From Candidatus Acetothermia bacterium (GTDB taxonomy: Bacteria; Bipolaricaulota; Bipolaricaulia; RBG-16-55-9; DRXL01), in contig JACOSB010000160.1 of the NCBI GenBank assembly GCA_016179105.1, positions 164-64,163 of the forward strand: 64,000 bases of DNA, given 5' to 3'. The position numbers were made by a program, and so were the translations under genes. Of this stretch, positions 46,892 to 57,024 are shown piece by piece; within the stretch, counting starts at the first letter, position 1, and each line of letters opens with the position of its first letter. Under the pieces are notes generated by a model. The model did no database searches. It saw only the letters and a list, made by a program, of their open reading frames with translations, and was not told the DNA's origin.

Positions 46892-47164
46892 TCAGTTCGA
46901 TTCATCCTCAGCGTCAGTATCTTGCAAATCGCTGATCTCATCGAGAATCTCTCGCAATGTGTTCGCTTTGGTTTCCAAAACATTCAGAGAAACATAAAGC
47001 TCAGCCCAAGCATCGTCGTACGCCTCTGTGCCCAATTTAACTCTATGCAGTCTTCGCAGGAGCCGCTGTGTCTTGACATACTCGGAATCCAATTCTTTGA
47101 CGAAAACGCCGAACGCTTCTTGTAAATCTTCTAGAGAATACTCTCTGGTCTTGACCGTTTTCAT
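46892..47164 (-). CDS. Small hypothetical protein (about 90 aa, acidic C-terminus)
   Basis: Strong RBS GGAGGAGG 8 nt before the ATG for MKTVKTREY.... Its ATGA start overlaps the stop of the upstream small basic ORF. Confidence 0.45.
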   Translation of the reverse strand: MKTVKTREYSLEDLQEAFGVFVKELDSEYVKTQRLLRRLHRVKLGTEAYDDAWAELYVSLNVLETKANTLREILDEISDLQDTDAEDESN

Positions 47165-47346
47165 CGTTTCAACCTCCTCCGTCGATGCTCGATTTGTCTT
47201 TGCCACGTTAAGGTTTGTTTTTGCCAAAATCCGATCAATCCAGTACGCGGGCGAGGTCGTTTCAGTTCTTCTTGTACCTTGAGTTCATGTTCTTCAATTA
47301 GCCGCTCCCAACTCTTGATTGATTTAAGTTTTCTCTTTTTCCCCAA
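47161..47346 (-). CDS. Small, highly basic hypothetical protein (61 aa, TTG start)
   Basis: RBS AGGTGAAAGG before TTG. K/R-rich (GKKRKLKSIKSWERL...HRRRRLKR). Translationally coupled to the downstream acidic ORF. Confidence 0.3.
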   Translation of the reverse strand: MGKKRKLKSIKSWERLIEEHELKVQEELKRPRPRTGLIGFWQKQTLTWQRQIEHRRRRLKR

Positions 47347-47555
47347 GTCCTTTCACCTACCCAATTGCTCTTTAGACTTCCCATTCTGGCAATCCCCTGC
47401 TGTAAAGTCAAGCCTAGCCTAGCACCGTGAGCTAGGTGCAGAATATGCTGATTTGATCTAACCTAGAGCCAAGAGTATAATCCTGCTCACGCAGACAAGG
47501 CTGATAGCATAAGCGTTAGAAGACCCTAAGAACGGGGTGTCTTTACTCAAAAAAT

Positions 47556-48335
47556 ATGCTCATCGTACGAGATCTCGTCAAAGATTTCGGCGGCCTACGC
47601 GCCGTCAATCGCTGTTGCCTTGAAGTCAAACAAGGTACGATCACCGGGCTCATCGGCCCGAACGGTGCGGGAAAAACGACGCTCTTCAATCTGGTCACCG
47701 GCTTCATCCCACCCGACAGTGGAGTGATTACTTTCAAAGATGAGCGCATCGATGGCCTGCCCGCCCACAGAGTCTTTCATAAAAAACTCGTCAGAACCTT
47801 TCAGATTCCACGCGAGTTCAAACAAATGACTGTTCTAGAAAATTGTATGCTCGTTCCCGGAGGACAAACCGGAGAGCGCCTCTGGGCTTCGTGGTTTCGT
47901 CCGGGACGTGTCCGCCGGCAAGAAGCCGAAGTCCGCGACAAAGCCCTCGATGTCTTACAGTTTGTCAACTTGACCGATTTGAAAGACGAATACGCCGCCA
48001 ATCTCTCCGGCGGCCAGAAAAAATTGTTGGAGATCGCCCGTGCAATGATGGCCGATCCCGAAATGATCCTGCTCGATGAGCCCGGTGCCGGCGTCAACCC
48101 CACGTTAATGAATAAACTCGTCGGCTATATTGAGAAGCTGGTCACCGAGCGAAACGCTACGGTCTTTCTCATCGAGCACGACATGGACCTAGTGATGACG
48201 CTCTGCAATCCCGTGATCGTGATGAGCAACGGAGAGAAACTCGCCGAGGGCACGCCGGCAGAGATCCGAAAGAACGAACGCGTACTCGAAGCGTATTTGG
48301 GCAGCCAGTATGCCGAATCGCGCGTGCAAAGCTGA
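47556..48335 (+). CDS. livG: Branched-chain amino acid ABC transporter, ATP-binding protein LivG
   Basis: GLIGPNGAGKTT Walker A, LSGGQKKLLEIARAM signature and LLDEPGAG Walker B. Confidence 0.9.
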   Translation: MLIVRDLVKDFGGLRAVNRCCLEVKQGTITGLIGPNGAGKTTLFNLVTGFIPPDSGVITFKDERIDGLPAHRVFHKKLVRTFQIPREFKQMTVLENCMLVPGGQTGERLWASWFRPGRVRRQEAEVRDKALDVLQFVNLTDLKDEYAANLSGGQKKLLEIARAMMADPEMILLDEPGAGVNPTLMNKLVGYIEKLVTERNATVFLIEHDMDLVMTLCNPVIVMSNGEKLAEGTPAEIRKNERVLEAYLGSQYAESRVQS

Positions 48336-48356
48336 CAAAAAATAGTGGAGTAGTGA

Positions 48357-49061
48357 ATGAGCTTACTCGAAGCCAACGGCATTGTCTCCGGCTACGGCGG
48401 GATCGATATTTTGCACGGGGTCTCGCTCAAGGTCGAGCCCGGTGAGATCGTATCGATCATCGGACCGAACGGAGCCGGCAAGTCTACGTTGATGAAATCG
48501 GTCTTCGGTCTGCTCAAGCCTCGTTCGGGCCAAGTCGTCTTCAACAGTACAGACATCACCGGATGGAGCCCCGATCGCATCGTCCATCAGGGCATCTGTT
48601 ACGTGCCTCAGACCGAAAATATTTTTCCCTCGCTCACGATCCAAGAGAATTTAGAGATGGGCGCGTACATCCGCAAAGACAATTTCCGCCACAAATTAGA
48701 AGAAATTTATTCTCTTTTCCCCGACTTAAGAAACAGAAAAAACACACGAGCCGGAAAACTTTCCGGGGGCCAGCGCCAGATGGTCGCCATGGGCCGCGCA
48801 CTCATGCTCGACCCTAAATTGCTGTTATTGGACGAGCCCTCGGCGGGACTTGCCCCCAAGTTGGTCGAGCTCATTTTTGAGAAGACGATCGAAGTGAATA
48901 AAACGGGCGTTGCCATCTTAATGATCGAGCAGAACGCCCGCGAAGCGCTAAGGTTTTCTCATCGCGGCTACGTCTTGGCTGCCGGAGAAAACCGATTCGA
49001 AGACACAAGCGAAAATATTCTGAGCAACCCCGAAATCGGCCGGCTTTATCTTGGAGGCTAA
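48357..49061 (+). CDS. livF: Branched-chain amino acid ABC transporter, ATP-binding protein LivF
   Basis: IIGPNGAGKSTL, LSGGQRQMVAMGRAL and LLLDEPSAG. Confidence 0.9.
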   Translation: MSLLEANGIVSGYGGIDILHGVSLKVEPGEIVSIIGPNGAGKSTLMKSVFGLLKPRSGQVVFNSTDITGWSPDRIVHQGICYVPQTENIFPSLTIQENLEMGAYIRKDNFRHKLEEIYSLFPDLRNRKNTRAGKLSGGQRQMVAMGRALMLDPKLLLLDEPSAGLAPKLVELIFEKTIEVNKTGVAILMIEQNAREALRFSHRGYVLAAGENRFEDTSENILSNPEIGRLYLGG

Positions 49062-49064
49062 CGA

Positions 49065-50186
49065 ATGCAACAGAGTCAAACTGCAAACGCACCTCTACTT
49101 GCTGGGATCCGTCTCAAATGGGCTATTGGACTCGCAATCCTTGTCTTGCTTGCTGTACTCATCGCCCTAGGCATTGCTGTATCTGATGGATTCAGGAAAT
49201 GGCTTACTGACAGCATCGACACGCTCCAAACCCAAGGCCTTCAAAGCCTATTCAACGGGATTCGCTACGGCTGTATCTTGCTCTTAGGCGCGATCGGCCT
49301 TTCGCTCACCTATAAAATTCTGAACTTCGGCAACTTTTCGCACGGCGACGTCATGGCCATAGGTGTCGCGATCGCGATCAGCCTCAATGATCTCGCGCGA
49401 GGGTTTCTTACGTCCTCCCTCCCTGATCTCGAGCCAAGTTTGCGAGAGATTTATGGTCTGGCTTTTGCGTTTGTGGGCACGGTCTTAATCACTCCCTGGG
49501 TTGCGATCGCGGTCGATAGAATTCTCTATAAACGCTTTCGCAAGGCAAAACCCGTCGTCTTGATCATCGCTTCGTTCGGCATGGCTCTCATTCTGCGCAG
49601 CTTGGTCCAAGTCATCTGGGGTACGCAAAACCAAGGGTTTGGGCAGCACATCTCCGTCACTCCGCCCTTAAGCTTAGGGTACATCGGCGACAAAGAGATC
49701 ATCGTTCGCATCTCCAATCAAGATTGGCTCATCATCGGCGCGGCGATTGTGCTGACGCTCTTGCTCCATTTTTTCTTAAAATACTCGAAGCTTGGTAAGG
49801 CGATGCGCGCGATGGCCGACAACACCGATCTGGCGCGCTCCACGGGCATCGACACCGAACGAGTCATCTTTTGGACCTGGTGGATCGGCGGGGCCTTGGC
49901 CGCCGCCGGAGGTTTTTTCTTATGCTTGGTCTTCGGCCCCTTCCGGCTCTTCAACGTCGGCCCGCAAGTCGTGCTCCCGCTCTTCGCCGCCACCATCCTT
50001 GGTGGCATCGGCTCGCCCTACGGAGCGATGGCCGGCGGTTTGCTCATCGGACTCGCGCAAAACGTTCTAGTGTTGTTCATCCCGGGCCAATATAACCCGA
50101 CGGCGTGGCAACCCGCCGTTGCCTTCGCTCTCTTGATTATTATGCTCCTGATCCGTCCTCAGGGAATCCTCGGGAGTGGCAAATGA
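49065..50186 (+). CDS. livH: Branched-chain amino acid ABC transporter permease LivH
   Basis: Polytopic. YGCILLLGAIGLSL...LNFGNFSHGD matches the LivH N-terminal consensus. Confidence 0.85.
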   Translation: MQQSQTANAPLLAGIRLKWAIGLAILVLLAVLIALGIAVSDGFRKWLTDSIDTLQTQGLQSLFNGIRYGCILLLGAIGLSLTYKILNFGNFSHGDVMAIGVAIAISLNDLARGFLTSSLPDLEPSLREIYGLAFAFVGTVLITPWVAIAVDRILYKRFRKAKPVVLIIASFGMALILRSLVQVIWGTQNQGFGQHISVTPPLSLGYIGDKEIIVRISNQDWLIIGAAIVLTLLLHFFLKYSKLGKAMRAMADNTDLARSTGIDTERVIFWTWWIGGALAAAGGFFLCLVFGPFRLFNVGPQVVLPLFAATILGGIGSPYGAMAGGLLIGLAQNVLVLFIPGQYNPTAWQPAVAFALLIIMLLIRPQGILGSGK

Positions 50187-51412
50187 CGATACTCCAGATT
50201 CGTGATCTGATCTCCTCGGGTGGAATGCTGACGATCGTCATCGGCCTCTTTCTCTTCTTGCGCGCGGAGACCTCGCGAGGTCGTGGACTGGTCGCTCTCA
50301 TCAGCTTTGCGGCGCTGGGTTTGCTCTATGGCGGAGCCGCTCCGTTCATCCCAGACCACGATGTCGCCAGCCTCCTCACGTACTTAGTTAGGACGATGCT
50401 CGTCTTAGGCGGGCTCTACGGGTTGGCGCTCTTGGGGCTCAATTTACAGTGGGGCTACACGGGACTTTTTAACATCGGCATTCATGGGTTTGTCGCGCTC
50501 GGCGCTTACACATCCGCGCTCCTGGTGAAAGCTTCCGACATCACGCTCGGCGCAGAGCACTTGGCCGAAACCCCTATTCCCGCGTTGGGACTACCGTTCA
50601 TCGTGGGATTGATGGGGGCTATCTTGGTCGCGGGCCTCTTCGCGCTCATCACCGGCATTTCTACGCTCAAGCTGCGCGAAGACTATCTCGCCATCGCGAC
50701 GATCGGCTTGGCCGAAATCATTCGTGTCTCAGCTCAAAATCTTCCCATCACGGGCAAGACGCGCGGCATCGCCGACATCCCCTCACCACTCTTTGACTGG
50801 CTGGTCAAAAGTTCCGACCAAGACCCGACCGGCTTTGTCGACCCCAACTTTTACATCTGGTTCTACGCTGGCATGATCGTTGTCGCGCTGATCGTCGTCT
50901 ATTTCGCTTTCCAACGAATCGCCCGTTCGCCGTGGGGCAGGGTCTTAAAAGCGATTCGCGAGGACGAGGATGCCGCGAATGCACTCGGCAAAAACCCTTT
51001 TCGATTTAAGCTCCAGTCGCTCGTCTTGGGCGCGATGATCATGGGCGCCGTGGGGAGTTTTTGGGCACACTCAGCCCGCTCGATCACGCCGGATGCGTTC
51101 GATGCCGTCCAGTGGACTTTCCTGCCCTGGGTCATGCTGATCATCGGGGGCAGCGGCAACCACAAGGGTGCGCTCTTCGGTGCATTTCTCATCTGGGCGC
51201 TCTACAGCATCACGAACTTTCAGAACGACTTCCTGCCTCCGCGCGTGCAGTTCGACCTCTTTAGTTGGAAGATTGACTTAGATATTGCCGGGCGACTCTT
51301 CGGCCCTTTGCGGGTAATCATCATCGCGGTCGCGCTCGAACTGATCTTGATCTATCGCCCGCGCGGGCTTCTCGGTGAAGAGAAACAAGTCTCAACCTTG
51401 CTTAAGCGTTGA
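50183..51412 (+). CDS. livM: Branched-chain amino acid ABC transporter permease LivM
   Basis: ATG at 50183 overlaps the livH stop (ATGA). LNLQWGYTGLFNIGIHGFVALGAY is the LivM motif. The extension to 50105 was rejected. Confidence 0.85.
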   Translation: MTILQIRDLISSGGMLTIVIGLFLFLRAETSRGRGLVALISFAALGLLYGGAAPFIPDHDVASLLTYLVRTMLVLGGLYGLALLGLNLQWGYTGLFNIGIHGFVALGAYTSALLVKASDITLGAEHLAETPIPALGLPFIVGLMGAILVAGLFALITGISTLKLREDYLAIATIGLAEIIRVSAQNLPITGKTRGIADIPSPLFDWLVKSSDQDPTGFVDPNFYIWFYAGMIVVALIVVYFAFQRIARSPWGRVLKAIREDEDAANALGKNPFRFKLQSLVLGAMIMGAVGSFWAHSARSITPDAFDAVQWTFLPWVMLIIGGSGNHKGALFGAFLIWALYSITNFQNDFLPPRVQFDLFSWKIDLDIAGRLFGPLRVIIIAVALELILIYRPRGLLGEEKQVSTLLKR

Positions 51413-51495
51413 GACTGGCTCGATTTCTTCAGTTCATCAAAACGCCTTGACAAACCGGGTGGGTTCCCTTTAGCATAGCTTTTGAGGAGTTTGGT

Positions 51496-51849
51496 ATGGC
51501 TGAGCATATTCGACTAGGCCGACGCGCCGAAGCCTCCGCGCGCGAGTTTCTCAAACAACACGGGTATCTCATCATCGCCGAACGCTATCGCTGGCGCGGC
51601 GGCGAAATAGATTTGATCGCCCGCGAAGCCGACTGTCTTGTCTTCATCGAAGTCAAGTCACGCTCGAATCATTCACACGGCCTGCCCGAAGAAGCCATCA
51701 CGTCAGAAAAACGGCGCAAGCTGATCCTCACAGCGCAGCGCTATTTGTCAGACCATCCGACCAACCTGGATACGCGTTTTGACGTCGTCGCGCTCTCTCA
51801 AGGAAAACTGAGATTGTACAAAAACGCCTTCGGGTTGAGTGATTTTTAA
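51496..51849 (+). CDS. yraN: YraN-family (UPF0102) endonuclease
   Basis: GRRAEASAREFLKQHGYLIIAERYRWRGGEIDLIAREADCLVFIEVKSRS matches the family core. Confidence 0.85.
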   Translation: MAEHIRLGRRAEASAREFLKQHGYLIIAERYRWRGGEIDLIAREADCLVFIEVKSRSNHSHGLPEEAITSEKRRKLILTAQRYLSDHPTNLDTRFDVVALSQGKLRLYKNAFGLSDF

Positions 51850-51862
51850 GGAGTGATGCACG

Positions 51863-53413
51863 ATGTTTGCCAAAGCTTTGAGCGGTGCTGTCTTGGGAAT
51901 TGACGCGTCTTTGATCGAGGTCCAGTGCGATATTGCTATGGGCTTGCCCAACTTTACGATCGTCGGGCTTCCCCAGAAAGAAGTCCAAGAAAGCCGCGAG
52001 CGCATTCGTAGCGCTATCAAGAACACGGGCTACGAATTCCCGATGAAGCGCATTACGGCCAACTTGGCTCCCGCCGACGTGCCCAAGGAGGGCGTCGGCC
52101 TCGATTTGCCCCTGGCGCTCGCGATCTTGGTCGCCACGGGCCAAGTCTCGGGCGAAAAACTTTCAGAATATCTCTTGCTCGGCGAGCTTTCTCTGGACGG
52201 AGGGCTAAGGCCCGTGCATGGAGTGCTGCCTATCGTGCTCGCCGCGAAAAATTTTGGGATCACCTCGGTCGTTCTTCCCGCGGGCAACGCCAAAGAAGCC
52301 GCGATCGTCGGTGATCTGAAAGTTTATCCGTTGTCCCATTTGCGCGAAGTCGTCGCGCTGCTGGAGGGCCAGCTCGTCCCGAAACCCTTCGAATTCGACC
52401 GTGAAAGTTATTTCGCGACCGAACGTATGTATGAGTGCGACTTTCAGGAAATCAAAGGTCAAGAGCAGGCGAAGCGCGCGCTCGAAGTGGCTGCCGCCGG
52501 AGCGCACAATGTTTTACTCATCGGCCCACCGGGCTCCGGCAAGAGCATGTTAACCAAGAGATTGCCGACGATCTTGCCCGATCTCACTCTGGAGGAAGCG
52601 ATCGAGGTGACCAAAATTTACAGCATTATGGGATTACTCCCCACAGACCGCCCGTTGCTCACGGCGCGTCCCTTTCGCGCGCCCCATCACACCGTCTCTT
52701 ATGCCGGGATGGTCGGAGGCGGTCACGGCACCCCTCGACCCGGCGAGATCAGCCTGGCGCATCACGGGGTTCTCTTTCTGGATGAGCTACCCGAATTCGA
52801 GCGCTACGTCTTAGAAACTTTAAGACAGCCCTTGGAAGAACGCTCGATCACTATCTCGCGCGCGACGATCGCGGTCAATTTCCCCGCGAATTTTATGCTC
52901 GTCACCGCGATGAACCCCTGTCCCTGCGGGCACCTGGGAGACCCGAAAAAGCCCTGCCGTTGCGGCCCTTTGGAAATCCGGCGCTATCGCAAGCGGATTT
53001 CCGGTCCGTTTTTGGATAGAATAGACATATTCATCGAAGTACCGCGATTGACGAAGGAGGAGTTGATGGGTAAACCGACCGGAGAACCGTCGTCGCAGGT
53101 GCGCGAGCGCGTCGCGGTGGCTCGCGCGACTCAGCACAGACGGTTCGCCGGCAAGCGCCTGTTCACCAACGCCCAGATGGGCCTCAGCGAAATACGGCGT
53201 CTGTGCCCTCTGGAGCCAGCCGCGCAGGGCCTGCTGGAACGCGCCATCGAGCATTACAGCCTCAGCGCCCGGGCATACCATCGCGTCCTCAAGGTCGCGC
53301 GCACGATTGCCGACCTCGCTCACTCAGACACCCTACAGACGGCACACGTGGCAGAAGCAATCCAGCATCGCCGCTCCGAAGAGAGCGTGCTCGAAGGAGG
53401 AGTTTGGTCTTGA
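51863..53413 (+). CDS. comM: YifB/ComM-family Mg-chelatase-like AAA+ ATPase
   Basis: LLIGPPGSGKSMLTKRLP Walker A, HHGVLFLDELPEF Walker B and a C-terminal ChlI-like helical region. Confidence 0.9.
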   Translation: MFAKALSGAVLGIDASLIEVQCDIAMGLPNFTIVGLPQKEVQESRERIRSAIKNTGYEFPMKRITANLAPADVPKEGVGLDLPLALAILVATGQVSGEKLSEYLLLGELSLDGGLRPVHGVLPIVLAAKNFGITSVVLPAGNAKEAAIVGDLKVYPLSHLREVVALLEGQLVPKPFEFDRESYFATERMYECDFQEIKGQEQAKRALEVAAAGAHNVLLIGPPGSGKSMLTKRLPTILPDLTLEEAIEVTKIYSIMGLLPTDRPLLTARPFRAPHHTVSYAGMVGGGHGTPRPGEISLAHHGVLFLDELPEFERYVLETLRQPLEERSITISRATIAVNFPANFMLVTAMNPCPCGHLGDPKKPCRCGPLEIRRYRKRISGPFLDRIDIFIEVPRLTKEELMGKPTGEPSSQVRERVAVARATQHRRFAGKRLFTNAQMGLSEIRRLCPLEPAAQGLLERAIEHYSLSARAYHRVLKVARTIADLAHSDTLQTAHVAEAIQHRRSEESVLEGGVWS

Positions 53414-53415
53414 AA

Positions 53416-55728
53416 ATGCTGCGACTCACCGGGTTGGTTGTTTTTATAGTCATAGGGTTCTCGGCTCTTGTCCTGGCTCAGGGCGAACCCAACAAATGGA
53501 CGGTCAGAGAGATCACTATTAAGGGTGCCAAAAACGTCAGAGTCTCCGAGATCAAAGCCGCGCTCCCGTTCAAAGTGGGAGTAGCGGTCGTCGAGAACGA
53601 TATTATTAAGGGCAAAGATGCGATCGAGCGCATGGGGCTTTTCAAGAGCGCCGATTATACCAAAAAAGTCGACGGCTCCGACGTCCGTATCACTTACACG
53701 GTCGTCGAGAATCCCGTGGTCAAGCGCATCAGTATCTCAGGGAACCAAACTTATAAGTTGTACTTTGACCTGCTCATCGTCAAAATCCCCTACAACGATA
53801 AGATCATGCGCAAGGACGATATTCTCGATGCGCTGCGCGACAAGGGTATAGAGAACGACAAGGTGCTCAACCTCAAATGGATCAAAGACGGGATCATCCA
53901 GGCGGCCATCACGGACCTTTATCATAAGAAGGGCTATGCGTTCGTCGGCGTGACCGGCGGCTTCGACCCAGACAAGAATGTTCTCAACATTCAGATTATC
54001 GAAGGCAAGCTCGAAGAGTTGAAGATCGCCGGGTTAGAGACAGTCCCGGCTTCCGAAGCCGAAAAGCTGATCAAGCTGACAAAAAATGAGCCGATGAAGC
54101 TCGCCCCCGTCCAAGAAGCCTTCCAAAAAATCGGCCGTTCGGTCTATTTCTTGTCCGTCGATCCCAACAAAGATATCCAGGTCAATCCCGGTAGCGCTCA
54201 AGACAAAGTGAAAATTACCTGGACCGTGCGCGAGCGCAAGATCCTCGACAAGCCTGAAGCGCTCCAAAAGATAGCGTTTTCGGGCTACACGCTCTACTCC
54301 GCCGATCTGTTGAACGCCAAGCTGGGTAAATTGCCCTCCGAGCCCATCGATAATTATAAACTCTTGCAAATCTTAAAAGGGATTTACGACACCTATCGCA
54401 AAGATGGGTATCTGATGGCCGATTTCTACAACGAGGGCCTGGAGAACGGCACGCTCAAACTAAAAATCATCGAAGGCCAGATCGGCAAGATCGAGATCAA
54501 GAACCCGTGCCCGGGGCCTCAGACGGTCTTCCAGATCCCGGAAGGATCGCAAAAGCCGTTGATCGATCTCCAGAAGCAGTGCACCTCACTCGAGGTGATT
54601 CGCAAAGAGCTGCGCATCAAAGAGGGCCAGATTCTGAACGAAAATCCTCTCCGCGACAGCTACAGAAATCTTTTACAGTTGGGCTATTTTAAGGAAGGTG
54701 GCGTGAATATCGCTCCTAAGCTTGAGTCTCTCCAGTCGGGCATTGTCGATATTACTATCGATGTTTTAGAAGAAGACAAGCTCGGCAGCCTCAACGGAGC
54801 GATCTCCTATAATGCCGATGCGGGCATCGTCGGGCAGATCAAGCTCGGCTGGAAGAATGTCTTAGGCACCGGCCAAGACATCACGTTTGAGTTTGACCGC
54901 GGTGTGATCGGCAAGCCGACGACGAACTATAAGATCGAGTACAATACGCACACGTTCCCGTTCTTCAAGGATTATAATTTTTTGAGCTTTAGCGTCTTTC
55001 GCGAGACCAAGAAAGAGGACGAGAATCAACCCTCGCAGCACAATCTGGTCCGCACCGGCCTAGAGTTCGGCGTGGGCTACCCGCTCGATGCCTTCTTGAA
55101 ACTTCCCATCTCCCTCACGCTCCAGTATCGCTATGAGTACGATGAGAAGTTTTTCCCGCCGATTGACAACAAGCCCTCATCCCTGGACAGCAAAGAGCTG
55201 ATCTCTTCGGTCACGCTCCAGCTCGATCACGACTACCGGAACAACCCGATCTTCCCCACGCGGGGGGGCTACGAGCGCTTCGGCATCGAGCAAGCGGGCG
55301 GCTTCTCGGTGGGCACCAAGTTCACCAAGCTCACCAGCCAGATTGTCTTTCACTGGCAGACGTTTGAGGACCAAACGATCGCCGTGCGCTTGCTCGCTGA
55401 AGCTGGCTGGGACTTGCCCTCGCAGGAGCGATTCATCCTCGGTAGCGTCATCACGGTGCGCAACTGGGACGCCCACTTCACGGATATGCTCGGTATTCTT
55501 AACGTTGAATACCGCGCCCGCGTCACCGACATGGCCGTGGGCATTCTCTTCTTCGACGCCGGCATCGGTCGCGATGTCGCGCTCTTGCGCTCGTTCGGCG
55601 TCGAGGGGCAAATCGACACGCCTGTGCTCGGCAAAGTCCGTCTGATTATTTCCATGAAGATTGAGGAAAATAAACCGCTTTGGCCGCAGACACCGCTCTT
55701 CCAATTCGGCCTGGGCACGATGTTCTAG
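53416..55728 (+). CDS. bamA: Outer-membrane protein assembly factor BamA (Omp85/D15, POTRA repeats plus beta-barrel)
   Basis: Signal peptide MLRLTGLVVFIVIGFSALVLAQG. POTRA-like repeats, and a C-terminal barrel with a terminal ...LGTMF. The extension to 53203 was rejected. Confidence 0.85.
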   Translation: MLRLTGLVVFIVIGFSALVLAQGEPNKWTVREITIKGAKNVRVSEIKAALPFKVGVAVVENDIIKGKDAIERMGLFKSADYTKKVDGSDVRITYTVVENPVVKRISISGNQTYKLYFDLLIVKIPYNDKIMRKDDILDALRDKGIENDKVLNLKWIKDGIIQAAITDLYHKKGYAFVGVTGGFDPDKNVLNIQIIEGKLEELKIAGLETVPASEAEKLIKLTKNEPMKLAPVQEAFQKIGRSVYFLSVDPNKDIQVNPGSAQDKVKITWTVRERKILDKPEALQKIAFSGYTLYSADLLNAKLGKLPSEPIDNYKLLQILKGIYDTYRKDGYLMADFYNEGLENGTLKLKIIEGQIGKIEIKNPCPGPQTVFQIPEGSQKPLIDLQKQCTSLEVIRKELRIKEGQILNENPLRDSYRNLLQLGYFKEGGVNIAPKLESLQSGIVDITIDVLEEDKLGSLNGAISYNADAGIVGQIKLGWKNVLGTGQDITFEFDRGVIGKPTTNYKIEYNTHTFPFFKDYNFLSFSVFRETKKEDENQPSQHNLVRTGLEFGVGYPLDAFLKLPISLTLQYRYEYDEKFFPPIDNKPSSLDSKELISSVTLQLDHDYRNNPIFPTRGGYERFGIEQAGGFSVGTKFTKLTSQIVFHWQTFEDQTIAVRLLAEAGWDLPSQERFILGSVITVRNWDAHFTDMLGILNVEYRARVTDMAVGILFFDAGIGRDVALLRSFGVEGQIDTPVLGKVRLIISMKIEENKPLWPQTPLFQFGLGTMF

Positions 55729-55839
55729 GGGGTGAGCGGCGGAAGGTTTGGCGGCGTAGATCGTAATCATCGCAACCGTATAAGCTAGACAGAAACAGAG
55801 AAACCGTGAGAAATTTCAAACTTTGACAGGAGGTCTGTT

Positions 55840-56397
55840 ATGAGACAGAATTGGATATGGGTTGTTTTGGTAATTGCGGCATTGGTCGTAGGATATTTGG
55901 GGGGCCAAATGCTCTCCAGCGGCATCCCAGACGATGTGAAAAAGCAGATCAGCACGCTCCAGAGCCAAGTCAAGGAGTTGCAAGACAAGCTCACCAGTTC
56001 CAGCAGCTCCGGCGGCCCGCTCAAGCTTGCATATCTGGATGCGAACGCCGTCTTCACTCAGTACAAGGGCACGCAAGGAGCCGTCGAGCAGTTTAAGCAA
56101 GAGCGTGAGAAAAAGCAGCAAGACTTCGACAAAATCAAGAAAGACTTTGAAGCAGCCAAGATCAGCAGCAAGGACTATGAAGAGGCCGCCGCGAAGCTCC
56201 AGCAAGAGTTGCAGCTGGTCGACCTCAAGCTCACTTCAGAAATCCAGAGCAAGATGCTCGCCGCGATTAAAAAGATCGGCCAAGCCAAGGGTTACGATTG
56301 GGTGACCCAGAAAAAGGACGTCGTCCTCTACATCAAGAACGGCGTCATGGAAGATATCACGGGCGCTGTGCTGGACGAGCTGAACAATCAACAGTAA
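55840..56397 (+). CDS. skp: OmpH/Skp-family periplasmic chaperone
   Basis: Signal/TM then coiled-coil K/E-rich region (YLDANAVFTQYKGTQGAVEQFKQEREKKQQDFDKIKKDFEAAK), directly downstream of bamA. Confidence 0.75.
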   Translation: MRQNWIWVVLVIAALVVGYLGGQMLSSGIPDDVKKQISTLQSQVKELQDKLTSSSSSGGPLKLAYLDANAVFTQYKGTQGAVEQFKQEREKKQQDFDKIKKDFEAAKISSKDYEEAAAKLQQELQLVDLKLTSEIQSKMLAAIKKIGQAKGYDWVTQKKDVVLYIKNGVMEDITGAVLDELNNQQ

Positions 56398-56411
56398 CCT
56401 GTGGATACGGC

Positions 56412-57008
56412 ATGAATCAGCCAGAGAACATCCAAAAAACGGAGAGTGGCCAGAATCGGCTGCTGATCGGGGTTGCCGTCGCCGCGATCGTCTTATTCTT
56501 GATCGTGGTGGTCGGCGGCCAGTTGATGTCGCGGGCGTTTACGGACTTGAACACGCTCAAGCAGAATTACAGTATGCTAAGCGATAGGCTTGGCGAAGTC
56601 GAGAAGCTCAAGCCCGGTTCTTCCAAAGTAGCGCTCGTCGACACGCAACGCGTCTTCAAAGACTACAAAGGCTTTGCCGGCGCGGCGCAGCAATTCACCG
56701 ACGAGCGCGATAAAAAACAAAAAGAAGTGGAACAATTGCAGAAGGATTTCGATGCCGGAAAGATTAGCTCGATCGATTTCCAGAAAAAACAAGCCGAGCT
56801 GCTCGGCCAGCTACAACAGCTCGATGTACAGTTGGCCGCCCCAATCCAGCGCAAGATGATCGAGGTCATCCGTCGGCTCGGTGCCGAAAAAGGCTATACG
56901 ATGGTCTTCAACAACCAAGAGGGGAACTTGACCGTGCTCTACTCGAAAGAAAGTGACGTTGAAGACATCACGGACGAAGTGCTCAAGCAAATGAACCAAG
57001 GGCCCTAA
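56412..57008 (+). CDS. skp: OmpH/Skp-family periplasmic chaperone, second tandem paralog
   Basis: ALVDTQRVFKDYKGFAGAAQQFTDERDKKQKEVEQLQKDFDAGK parallels the first Skp. The extension to 56298 was rejected. Confidence 0.75.
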   Translation: MNQPENIQKTESGQNRLLIGVAVAAIVLFLIVVVGGQLMSRAFTDLNTLKQNYSMLSDRLGEVEKLKPGSSKVALVDTQRVFKDYKGFAGAAQQFTDERDKKQKEVEQLQKDFDAGKISSIDFQKKQAELLGQLQQLDVQLAAPIQRKMIEVIRRLGAEKGYTMVFNNQEGNLTVLYSKESDVEDITDEVLKQMNQGP

Positions 57009-57024
57009 CGCGCGCGGTGAGATC

